Assembly (NCBI RefSeq): GCF_021028975.2
Contig: NC_059429.1
Span: forward strand, 5,084,001 to 5,148,000
Origin: Sphaerodactylus townsendi
Lineage: Eukaryota
Direction: 5' to 3'
DNA length: 64,000 nt
This document shows positions 50,386-63,902 of the stretch, in pieces; the stretch's first letter is position 1, and each line of letters begins with the position of its first letter. Under the pieces are notes generated by a model, which was given only the letters and a program-made list of their open reading frames with translations, had not been told where the DNA came from and did not search any database. Both the position numbers and the translations under genes were made by a program.

Positions 50386-50833
50386 CTAGTGCAGACAAGA
50401 GGAGGTAAAATAAATCATCAACTTTTTGCCTCAGTTATTGTTATAACAGGCCTCGCAGGTAGACCAGGAATATCAACATCATCACCTGAACTTACAAAAG
50501 GAGACCACTGAAAACGACCCAGTGAGTTGATGGGTGGGGCGAGACCTGAACTTCCCACCCCAGAAGGTATGGCCTAAACCCGTGGTGGTGAACCTTTGGC
50601 ACTCCAGATGTCATGGACTACAATTCCCATCAGCCCCTGCCAGCATGGCCAATTGGCCATGCTGGCGAAGCGAAGTCCAGGTTATAGATTCCTGGCAGTG
50701 ATCTGATCCTGCGAGGTGGGGCCTATCACTCTAAACATCTTCTTCAACTAATTTAGAAAAGTGTGTCTGAATCAGTCTTGTTTCTCCCAAGGTTTTATAA
50801 ACATGTAAATGCTAAATCCAAGGTCTTGAAAGT

Positions 50834-52088
50834 CATTGGCGTAACTAGGCAAACTGGAGCCCTGGGCAAAACCTGAGTTTGATGCCCCACCAGGCGCATG
50901 CCCAGTGCAACGTGCATGACCCACCCCCTTGTAGCTATGCCCAGTGGCGTATCTAGGCAAACTGGAGTTTGCCCCCGCCCCCCTGCCATGGACAGCCACC
51001 CTCTCCCAATGTGACCAAGCAATGCTTTTTTACACCAGGTCGTTTCAAAGTCACCATCATATTATAGAACATGCCCCAACTCACAAATCTGAACACAGCA
51101 ATGGGCCATGCCACACAGCAGAAATAATTTTTTTGAAAACATTTTCAAAATGCTTTCAAAATGTTTTATTACTGCTATGAAAACCTTTTATGGTGTTGTA
51201 TCCAATTAGGGGAAACAGCATCACTTTCAATGTAATTTAAACTGGGAACCCCAGATTCTCCCTTTAAGGTGGATTTAAAAGGAGAATCGGGGCTCCCTAG
51301 TTTAAACAAGTGATGCTGGAATCCACCCCCAAACAGCATCATTTTCAATGGACCTCAGATTCTCCCTTTAAATCCATGCCAAAGTGGGGGTGGGGAATTT
51401 AAAAGGAAAATCTGGGGAAATTTGGGGGGGGGTGCCTGCTGTCAGGGGTGCAATTGTTAAGCTAGCAGCACCAAACTTTCAGGGTATCTTTAGGAGACTC
51501 TCCTAATGATACCACCCAGGTTTGGTGAAGTTTGGTTCAGGGGGTCCAAAGTTATGGGAGCCCTCAAGGTTGTAAGTCCCCATCTTCTGTAATAGCTCCC
51601 ATTGGAAACAATGGGTGATGGGGCACCCCCTTTGGGAGTCCATAGCTTTGGACCCCCTGGACCAAACTTCACAAAACCTGGGTGGTAACAGTATGAGACT
51701 CTCCTGATGATACCTCCCAGGTTTGGTGAAGTTTGGTCCAGGGGGTCCAAAATTATTGACCCTCAAAGGTGTAGCCACATCTCCTATTTGCTCCCATTGG
51801 AAACAATGGGGGATGGGGCACCCCCTTTGGGAGCCCATAACTTTGGACTCCCTGAACCAAACCTCACCAAACCTGGGTGATAGCATCAGGAGAGACTCCC
51901 GAAACATCCCTAAAACTTTGGTGCTGCTAGCCTAAAACTGCACCCTCTGCAGGCCAAAAACGGAAAAACACTGAAGAAAAGAACAAAAAATCCCACAAAA
52001 TCAGACCATCCCGCAGGCTTTTAAGCCCCCCCCACAAGGGGGCGCCCTGGGCAACTGCCCACTTTGCCCAATGGGAGGAATGCCTCTG
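50834..52088. mobile_element. non-autonomous hAT-like element (family D) with internal subrepeats
   Basis: 8-bp TSD ttgaaagt (50826-50833, 52089-52096). Confidence 0.8.
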
Positions 52089-52146
52089 TTGAAAGTACAT
52101 AATAAGGTATAAAAAATGATTCCCCCTTCTCTCGGTCTATCACTTA

Positions 52147-52912
<766 letters not shown>

Positions 52913-52997
52913 TCTCTCTACTGGCTTAACCACTCTCTTATACACTAGCAAGAAAAGCTGAACCTAGTCACAATAACTGTTAACATAGCTAAATACC

Positions 52998-53486
52998 TTA
53001 TCATGTTTAAATGGCTTATTGAATATTATGATTTGATAGATGATAATGATGTTTAGTAATAAATAATGGACATATAAGATGAAATGTTGGGGAAAAGGAA
53101 ACTATTAAGAAAATGTAAATATAGAGATAAGTTCAGTATCAGAAGTATTATTATTTTCCAGCAAACATGTACATGGCAGAGTAATAAATATAGAAAAGGA
53201 ATTAGACCTGGAACTAGAGTGCTACAAACACGGAGCTAATTGTTGAGGTAGAAGAGCCTACCTTAGAAATAGGTAGAGCCTAATAGAGACCTTAAGGGGT
53301 CCTTAAGGCCGGAAACTATGGCAGAAACATCAATGTAGTATTGTATAAATTAGATTTAAGATTGATGTATATGCCAACGTAATGTATGTAACGGACATAA
53401 GATATCAATGTTAGATATCTATGATATGTTGTTAATCTTATTTTTGTTTTGTTTTTAACAAACTTAATAAAATTTCTATTAAAAAA
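52998..53486 (+). mobile_element. 5'-truncated retroposed insertion (L1-type 3'UTR)
   Basis: 16-bp TSD aacatagctaaatacc (52982-52997, 53487-53502); AATAAA and A tail; AT-rich. Confidence 0.75.
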
Positions 53487-53940
53487 AACATAGCTAAATA
53501 CCAAAATGGGAAATAAGGCAATTTAAAAGAGAGAGAGAGAGTGGGCAGGAGATGAAGAGAAAGAGAGAAAAAAAGAGTGACATAACATTGAACAAACAAG
53601 GGGACAGGACAAAGAGAAGCTAAAACCAAACACATTCCCACAAATGTGCAAAATGCTGCCAAAAGTGATAGAAGTGATGGATTCCAAGAAGACTTTGTGT
53701 GGAAGGAAAGGTGGGGCACGAATATAGGAGACTAGAACTAAAGCCCATTTTGAAATAAAATGGGCTTAAGAAGGAAGGGGTGGCGGGGAGTGAGAGGGAT
53801 CGCCCTTCCTCCTCCTCCTCTCTCTTCCCTCCAGAAGAGCAGCTCATATTTTTTGAGGCAGGGGAGGTGGAAGGTGGACGGGATAAAACATTTGACCATG
53901 ACAGCCTTGACAAAAATTCCATGGTGGTCTGGACTCTGAC

Positions 53941-53993
53941 CTGTTGTTGGTTCCGTCAGCTGTTCATCAAAACCCTGGCTCTCCTTCTTCTTC
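53941..53993 (-). CDS. SMIM7: SMIM7 exon 3 (L-KKKESQGFDEQLTEPTT-G)
   Basis: 53 nt, CAG/GTCAG boundaries. Confidence 0.92.
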
Positions 53994-54919
53994 CTGAGAG
54001 GCAGAGATGCAAAGAATGATTCCCATATCCCTAGAAGCACAGAGGTACTTCCGATCTGAGGACAAAAACTTATGACGACTGAGGCTGAGATTAAGCTTGG
54101 GAGAGCCACTCTTATCTCACCTCAATCTCGGGTTCTTTTCCCTCCTATTAAACTCCAGACCAGCTGATTGTTCAAGGATTTATTGTAAAAGTTCAAAACA
54201 AAGAAATAAAACATAAATGCAGTGAGAGATTCTCAACTGGTTACATTCCTTTTGGTTCTTTGTCCCCATTCCAGGAACCCATGGCCCAGAGATGCTTCCC
54301 TGACCACGTCTCAAGGTGGAATTCCAACACCTTTGTTTTCCCCTTCTCAGGAAAACTCTGTTCAGGCCACGAGGTAACTTAGGCCTTTGAAGTTTCATCC
54401 TGGCACCTTTGTATGGCTTCCTGTCCTCCCTCCAGGAGATCAAAAGGCAAAGATGCTTTTCACAGTCATGTGTGATTCTGCTAGTTTTACAATACTATTC
54501 CATCACAAAACTCCCTCAGAAAAGGGCAAAGGAAAAGCGAACAGAGAGTTCCAAATAGGGCAAAAGATCAAAACACAGAAGATGTGGTATAAGATGTTTT
54601 GAAGCTTTTGGGGGACAGATCGGCCGGGTGAGAGGTTGAACATAGGAATCTGCCTTAAGTTAAGTCAACTCAGCTCGGGCTTTCCAGCTTCTCAAGATGA
54701 GGACTTCATCAGAACCCTTTCTGTTGACATGTCAGTGACTGTTCTTCTAAGAACTGTGCTTCTAAGAACCATGTGATTTACCAAGCAACAAGACATCCTA
54801 AAACTCTGTCTAACAACCCAGACACTGGTGGAGAAGTTCTGAATCCTGGCCACAGGACAACCTGTGGTTGTATCCAAAAGTTCTGCCAACACATCCCCCC
54901 CTCCACACGAGGCACTCAC

Positions 54920-54961
54920 AGCCTGAAGTTCAACACTGCTCCTGCGTTGACCAACAGGGTC
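54920..54961 (-). CDS. SMIM7: SMIM7 exon 2 (G-TLLVNAGAVLNFR-L)
   Basis: 42 nt, TAG/GTGAG boundaries. Confidence 0.93.
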
Positions 54962-55221
54962 CTAAGTGAAAGAAGAAAATCAGAGAAGTTAGTCCACTCA
55001 GCTGTGAAGAATCCCCCACACACACACTTATCCTAGCCGCCCCAGAACATCCTTAAACCCTGAGTTTTAGAGAGGAAGGACAGTTGAAAGAGCAGGACTT
55101 AGAGGTAGCTTCTGCTGTGTTTCCTGGAATCCCCGGGACACTCTGGTTTGGCTCTCTCAAGCCCCGTCTTCTCATTCTCCTATCAATGAAAGGCTCTGAT
55201 GCACCAAAGCTTAATCTAAAA

Positions 55222-55359
55222 CAGGGGTCTTCAAACTATGCCCCCCCAGATGTTCATGAACTACAATTCCCATCAGCCCTGCCATTTGGCCATGCTGGCT
55301 GGGGCTGATGGGAATTGTAGTCCATGAACATCTGGAGGGCCATAGTTTGAAGACCCCTG
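55222..55359. mobile_element. palindromic hAT MITE
   Basis: TIRs caggggtcttcaaac / gtttgaagacccctg; TSD atctaaaa. Confidence 0.88.
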
Positions 55360-55900
55360 ATCTAAAACAAAAGGGAAAGCTGTCCAGTTGGAAGCATGGC
55401 TGATTGGAGATAGGTAAGCAACCTGCGCAAAATGGGGCTGCACTCTGCCTGAAAATTCAGGCAGTCAGTGTGGGCACGTTTGGACCCACGCCTACATTAA
55501 ACAGCTAAACAGCAGCAGGTGTCAGTCGTCTTATGCTCTGCGAATGACAACCTTCTGGAGATCCCTGGCCCCCAAACTGTCTGACTGTCTTGGACCAGGA
55601 CCAGGTCTGCTTTTTGTGGGTCATACTCGGTGTGAATTGTTCTGCTGGCTGGCTCGCAGCCTGCCAGGTACACTATCGGCTGGCGCTGGCCTCTGAAGGC
55701 CACGTTCTCAAAACTAAGTCTTGCTCACTGCCTGGATGGGAGGGGGAAGAGGAGAGAATGCTTATATGATTGACAGCTCTGCCTAAACTCGCAGAGCTGC
55801 CTTGAAACGGTTCCTGACCTGACTTATGCCTGCAATAAAGAAACCTTTGTGATCATACAAGCGTGTTCACTGCCTGGTCAAGGGGGTCTTGACAATAAGG

Positions 55901-56372
55901 CAGTGGTGGTGAACCTATGCCACGGGTGCCAGAGGTGGCACTCAGAGCCCTCTCTGTGGGCACGCACAGAGTCCCCCCACCCCATATCTAGGCTGGCCTG
56001 GGCCGCTGGGCTCGACTATTAGCATTAAACCTAAGACCTAGTTTTGGGGAAGCAGTGTAGATAACCCTGATAAGCGCCACGTGATTTTTGCCTTAGTTAC
56101 GCCCCTCCTCTCAGCAGTAGCACGCAGAACTTGAAGCCGTCTAGCAGGAGGTGCACCGGCGTGCGTGGCAGCCTGCGCCTGCGTGCATTCGTTTCCCGCC
56201 CAAGGACCGGTGCAGCGGCTGCGTCCTTGCCACAGCCCCGCCCAGGAATGCCCCACCCCGGAATGCCCGGCCACGCCCCTATCATGCCCCGCCCATCCCA
56301 ATTGGTGCTACGCCACAGTTTGAATCCCACCACCATGGGAACCTGTTACTAAAATTTTTGGATCCCACCACT
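55901..56372. mobile_element. fused hAT fragments: family C left part (55901-~56075) joined to a family E end
   Basis: Left part colinear with 58475 onward; right part is the reverse complement of 21874-22170. Confidence 0.7.
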
Positions 56373-56524
56373 GTGCTTAAGAGGATGGGGGACATTTCCA
56401 TCCCCCTCCCCGGCTCTACAGCCCCAGGTCCTTCTCATAAAGAAGAAAGGGGGGGGCAAAATAACAACATCCCCCCTTCCGGTCTTTCCCTGGCGGGCGG
56501 GCAGCACTATTTCTCGTCCCTTAC

Positions 56525-56550
56525 CCGCAGATCAGCAAGTCCCCCAACAT
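56525..56550 (-). CDS. SMIM7: SMIM7 exon 1 (MLGDLLIC-G)
   Basis: ATG at 56550, 26 nt, GTAAG donor; compare human MIGDILLFG. Confidence 0.88.
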
Positions 56551-57101
56551 CCTGCTCCTTCCAGTCCCCGGAAGCGGAAATCCCCCTTCCCGGGCGACGG
56601 AGACGCTCCCGTCAACCAGCAGGAGACGTCTTCTTGCCTGTTGTCTCCGAGTCGCCAGGGGGCGCTCGCCCCCACAGGCAGGGACTCCCCCCCCCCTTCC
56701 AGCGCGTCACGAGCTACGGCGTCGCTGACGAAAGAGGGTGCCTTCTGAGTGCGACCGCGCGTGCGCCCAGCGCAAAAAGTTCGGCTGAAGCTACCTGCCC
56801 GAGGAGGCGTGGTTTCCCTGCCGTTTAGGGGGGTGTGGCGGGAGGAGGAGCAGGCGCAGTCGGGCCCAGCCTCCTCCTCCTCCTCGGGCCTGGCAGGCCT
56901 CCAGGGAGAAGGGGCGGGGCTTGGCTCTGCACGCGCTCAGAGGGCGGGGCCCGGGCCGCGGGTGGGCGGGGCGGAAAGGCGCGTGCCTGCCTCGGAGGCG
57001 GGCCCGGTCCCTCGCCGGCTCCGCCCTCGCTGGGTGCTGAGCCGCCGCGGGCTGCGTGGGTGCCGGGTGGGGGGGTTCGCGCCGCCGCTGCCGCCGCCGC
57101 T
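56551..57101. promoter_or_regulatory. bidirectional CpG-island promoter SMIM7/TMEM38A
   Basis: Divergent ATGs about 550 bp apart; tandem ETS sites ccggaagcggaa near 56568; multiple GC boxes (gggcgggg) at 56910-56975. Confidence 0.8.
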
Positions 57102-57225
57102 ATGGAGCTCCTGGAGGCGCTGGACGTGGCCGGGCTGGCCGCCGCCTTCGCCCGCCTGCCCGTCTTCCCCGTCTTCGACCTGGGCTACTTCGTCGTCTCC
57201 ATCCTCTACCTCAAGTACGAGAAAG
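57102..57225 (+). CDS. TMEM38A: TMEM38A (TRIC-A channel) coding exon 1; later exons lie beyond the window
   Basis: [42 protein letters not shown], 124 nt, GTCAG donor; compare human [42 protein letters not shown]. Confidence 0.93.
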
Positions 57226-58474
57226 GTCAGTGGCTGCCTCCGCCCCCCCCTCCCCCCCCCCCCCCCCCCGGCCGACCCTGCTGCAGGTGAGGGTGGGGAG
57301 ACCTCCTCCCACGCAGCCCCCTCCTCCTCCTCCTCCTCCTCCTCCTCCTCCCCCCAGGGGGAGATGGCCCGTGCCCCCTTCCGCCTCCCCTTCGCCCCAG
57401 TCCGTGGGGAAGAGGCGGGCGGGCGGGCGGATGGAGGGGGCTCCCCGGCCCGCTCGTGACCAAAGGGAAGAAGAGAAGCCCCCGGGCCGGGGGAGGGCAC
57501 CGCGCGAGGGCCAGGTTCCGCCGCCGGCTGTCACTCAAGGGCCTCCCGGAGAGGGTTTCCAAAAGGGGACAGGAGAGGGGCGAGCGAGTGCCGAAGGCGA
57601 ACCCGCCCACAGGCTCTGGGCGAGAGACCCGCGTGTGCCGCTGCCAATCAAGCCCGCCCGCCCCGCGGAGTGTGGCGGGTGGCCGTCCAGCGTGCCCGTT
57701 GCCTTTTCTACTCGGAGGAAGAGGAGGGGGGCACAGATGAAGGGGCCTTGCGCGTGCGTGCGCGCGCAGCAGCAGCAGCAGCAGATTTGCGCGGGGGAGG
57801 GTGCAGAGACAAGGGAGGGGCGCACACTTTTCTGCAGCACAAGCTACGTGCCCCCGCCCCAAACACCGAGGCGTCAGGGAGAAATGTGAACTGGCTGACG
57901 GGCTGGGGCAGCTGCTGCTCTATTTGAAGGGCAGCTCAGCAGGAGGGGAGGGGGAGGGGGGTGCTTGGAGTGGCCGACCGGGCAGGAGAAGCAGAGAGCC
58001 GGGCAGGCGGTCCAGACCACGGGCAGGCAGCGGGACAGATGGAGGCCAGCAGCGGCCCTGGAGGATTCTGGAGCCCTTTAAGGACCCCGATGCCTTCCGC
58101 CTCACCTTCTGCCTCTCTTTTGTCAAACGAAAAAGTCCTGCAAAAAATTCATTGAAAAGTGATTCTCTTGCCAAACCACCTGTCCTCTGTGGTATTTCAC
58201 ACTGCTTAATGTGTAACTGAGAGCCCCAAACAAAGGGGTGGGGGCAGACCCTTTCTTGGGAGCGGTGTGCCACCACACCGGCACATTCGCCCTCCCCGGG
58301 GCATTTACCCTGGTGGATGGGCGATCCCACCGACATGGGGCAAACACCACACACACAAACAAAGGGTTAAATGTGGCTTTGGACGCTGCACCAGCCTCCC
58401 AGGGCCTCTGCCACCACTGCCAGTTGACTCTTTCCCAACTTTTAAGTGGCCTAGGTCCATTGTGGCCCATAGAG

Positions 58475-58981
58475 CAGTGGTGGCAAACCTATGGCACGGG
58501 TGCCAGAGCTGGCACTCAGAGCCCTTTCTGTGGGCATGCACAGAGTCCCCCCACCCCATATCTAGGCTGGCCTGGGCCGCTGGGCTTGATTATTAGCATT
58601 AAACCTAAGACCTAGTTTTGGGGAAGCAGCGTAGGTAACCCTGTTAAGCACTGTTAAACCCCACTGATTTCCATGCAAAGAACTAAAGCGCGATCCTTTA
58701 CCTGGGAGTAAGCTTGGTTGTTGGCAATGGGGCCTGCTTCTGAGTAAACCGTCCTAGGGTCGTGATTCACTCGTTGGAAGCGTTGCATGGTTGCTTCAAA
58801 GCAGAGCCACCGACTACCACCAAGCTTACTCCTGAGTAACGCACGCCTCGGAGCCAACCGCTTTTTCCTAGACTAAAATCTCGATATTCAGGTTGAATTG
58901 CCGGGTTGGCCCTTTGCGATAAATATGTGGGTTCTGGGTTTCAATTTGGGCACTCGGTCTCGAAAAGGTTCGCCATCACTG
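58475..58981 (+). mobile_element. non-autonomous hAT element (family C), clean copy
   Basis: TIRs cagtggtggcaaacct / aggttcgccatcactg; TSD ccatagag. Confidence 0.88.
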
Positions 58982-59563
58982 CCATAGAGGCTTCTTGAGA
59001 GCGGGGAGGCTTTTGCGCTTTGCAAGCCTCCCCACACCACCTCTGTGGAGGGGGGCACTACATTGGTGCTGCCTGCAGCCCACCGCCTCCCATCTGGATG
59101 GGGCTATTAGTCGTTTGCTGTACTTTTCCAGTGATTGTTGCTAGTCCCTTTAAGAGTGTATTTGATTATGGCTATATTCTCTTTTTTTCCAGAATTGTGA
59201 ATATTCAAATAGGTAATTTGCCTACTGCTTCCAGCATCTTCTGTTGGCAGCAGGCTCTCAGAGTTCTGCCTCCAAGCGTTCCTCCTGCCCACCGTCCTCT
59301 CAGAGATGCGCACAAACAGTTGTGGCAGGCAAGGAAGCCTTGTGTGGGGTGGGGGGGAGATGGCCGTAGCAGCATCTGGAGGAGGAGGAGGAGGAGTTTG
59401 GATTTGTATCCCCCCTTTCTCTCCTGCAGGAGACTCAAAGGGGCTGACAATCTCCTTGCCCTTCCCCCCTCACAACAAACACCCTGTGAGGGGCTGATGG
59501 GAATTGTGGTCCATAACATCTGGAGGGCCAAAGGTTCGCCACCACTGTCATAGGGTCATCATA

Positions 59564-59866
59564 GGAGCAGCAGTGGCGTAGGAGGTTAAGAGCTCCTGTA
59601 TGTAATCTGGAGGAACCGGGTTCGATTCCCAGCTCTGCCGCCTGAGCTGTGGAGGCTTCTCTGGGGAATTCAGATTAGCCCGTGCACTCCCACACACGCC
59701 AGCTGGGTGACCTTGGGCTAGTCACATTTCTTCGGAGCTCTCTCAGCCCCACCCACCTCACAGGGTGTTTGTTGTGAGGGGGGAAGGGCAAGGAGATTGT
59801 CAGCCCCTTGGAGTCTCCTGCAGGAGAGAAAGGGGGGATATAAATCCAAAACTCTTCTTCTTCTTC
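59564..59866 (+). mobile_element. tRNA-derived SINE (Squam3-like); another copy at ~61306-61593
   Basis: Colinear with 48923-49222. Confidence 0.88.
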
Positions 59867-59871
59867 ATGTC

Positions 59872-60408
59872 TTCTTCAAAGACTGTACTATCTGAGACTT
59901 TTAAGGAAGCAGCAACTGGATGGAAAACTCCTGGTGTCCTTTTACCGCTGTGCTATAGAGAGTGTCCTAACCTACTGCATCTGTGTATGGTTCTCCAGTT
60001 GCACAGTGGCGAATAGGAAGGCGCTCCAAAGGGTGATCACCACTGCACAAAGGATTATCGGCTGCCCTCTCCCCTCCTTGGAAGAAATCTATAATGCCCG
60101 AAGCCTAAATAAAGCCCAAAATATTCTGAGGGACCCGTCTCATCCAGCACACTCTCTTTTTAAACTGCTACCATCTGGTAGACGATACAGGGCCCTCAGA
60201 ACTAGGACAAAGAGGTTTAGAGACAGCTTCTACTCTAGAGCTGTGGCTATGCTAAACTACGCTGCTTCATATTGATGTATTTGGGGCTGTGTAGGGATGG
60301 GTGGAGGATGATGATGTATGAGTCTGAAATTGTGTGCATCGAGGAATGCTGCTGTAAATTTCGTTGTGCGTGCACAATGACAATAAAATGCTTATGCTTA
60401 TGCTTATG
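59872..60408 (+). mobile_element. Rex1/Babar non-LTR retrotransposon 3' end
   Basis: FYRCAIESVLTYCICVWFSSCT...ILRDPSHPAHSLFKLLPSGRRYR...FRDSFY..AV..LN; aataaa and (ttatgc)n tail. Confidence 0.85.
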
Positions 60409-60717
60409 TTCCCTTGTTGGTGGGGATGGAGGCACCAACTTCATGTTGGCTTCCCAGATATTTCCTCCACATGGTGCTGCGGAGGGCCAGGGCTGCCAGG
60501 GCTCCCAACCCTGATTGAGGGAGTGAATGGGCAGGAAGGTGCTTTTGGAGGTGCATTGCCTAGCTTACCTGCATTGGCACAGTCAACCTTTTGGTCCCTG
60601 GCTGTACAGGTGCTGTGCCAGGAATGGAACTCAGGCAAGAGATCTCAGCCACAGAGTGTGTGGACTCTGGTCCCCCGGGTTGTTCTTTGTCCAGAGCACT
60701 CTCCCCATTAGGTAGGC

Positions 60718-60849
60718 CAGTGGTGGCGAACCTTTGGCACTCCAGATGTTATGGACTACAATTCCCATCAGCCCCTGCCAGCATGCTGGCAGGGGCTGAT
60801 GGGAATTGTAGTCCATAACATCTGGAGTGCCAAAGGTTCGCCACCACGG
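60718..60849. mobile_element. palindromic hAT MITE (family A)
   Basis: Almost perfect palindrome; TSD aggtaggc. Confidence 0.9.
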
Positions 60850-61933
60850 AGGTAGGCTGTGCAGCACTGCATGCTGCCCATCAGCTCTCTGCCTTTGGGT
60901 GGCCAAGAGAGCAAGCTGCCAATGGCGTGTGAAGGTGGAGGGAACCTGGGTTCTCGTTCTCTCTCTCTTGGGGGGGGCATGCAGCAGTGCTCGCTCTCTT
61001 GCGGGCCTCACAGTTGGTGGTAAGACACCCTCTAGCTCTGTTTTATTTTTAGCTGTCAGTAGAGAGATCAGTTTCGTTGGGTGGACCCAGAGAGGGAGTC
61101 CTCACAAGTCATGATTCTGCGAAGGCAGCAGCTGTCTGGATATTAAATGTTGCTGGGCTTATGGATCTGCCAAGGGCCAGGAGTAAGAAGGTACATTTAT
61201 AGTCCTCGCATCAAATGGCAGCTGGAAGGATGGGAATGCACCAACCATGGGTCAAATGCTGTACGCAGCACAGAAGGGACAGCAGCCAGTGCCAATGGGG
61301 CAGATTAAGGAGGTTAAGAGCTCGTGTATCTAATCTGGAGGAACCGGGTTTGATTCCCAGCTCTGCCGCCTGAGCTGTGGAGGCTTATCTGGGGAATTCA
61401 GATTAGCCTGTACACTCCCACACGCGCCACCTGGGTGTCCTTGGGTTAGTCACAGCTTCTTGGAGCTCTCTCAGCCCCACCTACCTCACAGGGTGTTTGT
61501 TGTGAGGGGGGAAGGGCAAGGAGATTGTAAGCCCCTTTGAGTCTCCTGCAGGAGAGAAAGGGGGGATATAAATTAAAAAAACCACTCTTCTTCAATATCT
61601 ACCTTCTTATCGAGCCCAAACTTACACTGTTGCTTTAACAACATAAAATGTACCATTTAGAACTCAGAGAGCATCTAAAATTGTACTATTTGGCATGTTT
61701 ATGAAATTCACATGTGGATTTTCCTCCCTCCCTCCCTCCCTTCACAAGCAAAATTGAAAATGTACCCAGTACTGAAGGGAGAGAGCTACAAACTCTGTAG
61801 CACCTGTTTCTTTGTTCTTGACCTCAGAGAGGTACAGGAAAACATACATTTTGTTATAAACCAAAGAAGGAGTATATAAATTTAATAATAAATAAATAAA
61901 TAAAATATTTGGTTAATGAATTAAGTTTGATGA

Positions 61934-62039
61934 CTGGTGGTCTGGTAGATCTTGTTAAACAAGATCTACCAGACCACGGCCACACAGCCCAGAAAGCCCA
62001 CAACAACCAGTTGAGTCCAGCCATGAAAGCCTTCAACAA
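61934..62039. mobile_element. short Penelope-derived hairpin insertion
   Basis: Ends ...ccatgaaagccttcaacaa; direct flanks taagtttgatga (61922-61933, 62040-62051). Confidence 0.7.
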
Positions 62040-62100
62040 TAAGTTTGATGATATTGAAGACAGAAGCTGTCCGCTCACGAGTCCACCCGTGAGTCTGTCC

Positions 62101-63300
62101 CAGAGGCGTAGCTACCATGGGGACATCCGGGGACAAGTGCCCCGGGCGCCACCTTGTAGTGGGCGCAAAAATTGCAGGTTCGTTTATGGCTTTTTCTATT
62201 TTTCAGGTTTTTTTCCATTTTTGGCCTGCAGGGGCGCAGTTTTTAGGCTAGCGGCACCAAAATTTCAGAGCATTGTCAGGTGACTCTCCTGATGATACCA
62301 GCCAAGTGTGGTGAAGGTTGGTTCAGGGGGTCCAAAGTTATGGACCCCCAAAAGGGGTGCCCCCATCCCCCATTGTTTCCAATGGGAGCTAATGGTAGAT
62401 GTGGCTACCCTTTTGAGGGTCCATAACTTTGGGCTTCCTGAACCAAACTTCACTAAACCTGGGTGGTTTCATCAGGAGAGTCTCCTGAAGATAGCCTAAA
62501 AGTTTGGTACTGTTAGCTTAAACATTGCTCCCACGACAGGCACCCTCAAATTTTCCCCAGGTTCTCTCTTTAAAAATCCACCCCCTTTGGAGTGGATTTA
62601 AAGGGAGAATCTGGGCTCCCTAGATTAAAAAAACACATTGAAAGTATTGTTGAAGGCTTTCAAAACTAGATTCAACTGGTAGTTGTGAGTTTTACAGGCT
62701 GTGTGGCCGTGGTCTGGTAGATCTTGTTCCTAACGTTTTGCCTGCATCTGTGGCTGGCATCTTCAGAGGTGTATCACAGAGAGAAGTCTGTTATAAGAGA
62801 AGGCTGGACATAGTGTATAATAGACTTCTCTCTGTGATACACCTCTGAAAATACCAGCCACAGATGCAGGTGAAACATTAGGAACAAGATATACCAGACT
62901 ACGGCCATGCAGCCCAGAAAACCCACAATAACCAACATTGAAAATGATGCTGTTTGGGATGGAGAATCTACCCTGAAACAGCATCACTTTCAATGTTGTT
63001 TAAACTAGGGAGCCCAGAGTATCCCCTTAAGGTGGATTTAAAAGGAGAATCTGGGCTCTGTAGTTTAAACAACATTAAAAGTGATGCTGTTTCAGGGTGG
63101 ATTCCCCGCCTTCAAAAAATAGCATCACTTTCAATGTTGCTTAAACTAGGGCATGTTCTATAACGTGATGGCGACTTTGAGATGACCTGGTGCAAAAAAT
63201 GTTGTTTGGTCGTGGTGGGGGAGGGACACTGCCCATATGGGGGGGGGGGCGCAAAACTCAGATTTTGCCCCGGGCTCCATTTACCCTAGCTACACCCCTG
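62101..63300. mobile_element. family D hAT-like element with a nested Penelope-derived palindrome (~62644-62935)
   Basis: TIRs cagaggcgtagcta / tagctacacccctg; TSD gtctgtcc; the nested insert is flanked by acattgaaa. Confidence 0.85.
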
Positions 63301-63534
63301 GTCTGTCCCACTGAACCACGTTCCTCTGGCTGGCTGTGGCCATCCAGGGGCCCTGGCTGAGACCTCGTCCCTTTTCGCTGGAGATGTTGCCAGAGAATTA
63401 ACCTTGGGGGTTTCTGGGCCCAAATGTTTGAGCTCTTCAATAACTCATTGACATAATGTTATAGCATATTAATATGGACAGAAATTGTCACACTTAAGCA
63501 ATACAAGGCGATCCGGCTGGCCTCTACAAGGGCC

Positions 63535-63902
63535 AGGGATTTTAAGGCTCTGGCCCCTACCTGGTGGAACAGGCTTCCAGGTGAGATCAGGGCCCTGCGG
63601 GACTTACAAAGTTTCCTCAGGGCCTGTAAAACGGACCTGTTCCGCCAGGTGTTTGGCCAGCTGGGATGATGTCAACTCCGCCATAAGAACATCTGGCCTC
63701 CCGTGGGTACATAAAGGGGAAAGGAGGGGTTGTTTAGTATTTTATAGTATAGTACAGCCATCTGTAGTTAGTATTTTATATATATATTTATTGTAAATTA
63801 TATATTGATGTTTTAAATTGTTTTAATGTTGATGGACACCGCCCTGAGCCTTTGGGGAGGGCGGTATACAAATATAAATAATAAATAAATAAATAAATAA
63901 AT
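63535..63902 (+). mobile_element. L2-clade LINE 3' end
   Basis: Homologous to 22790-23135; ccgccctgagcc..gggcgg and (taaa)n tail. Confidence 0.65.

Noticed and set aside
55381-55894. Second solo LTR (aataaa ... cttgaca end)
   Set aside because: The right end looks LTR-like but I could not identify a matching left end or TSD.
56151-58354. Multiple 150-277-aa Pro/Gly/Arg-rich ORFs
   Set aside because: GC-rich island and repeat sequence with no recognisable domains apart from TMEM38A exon 1.
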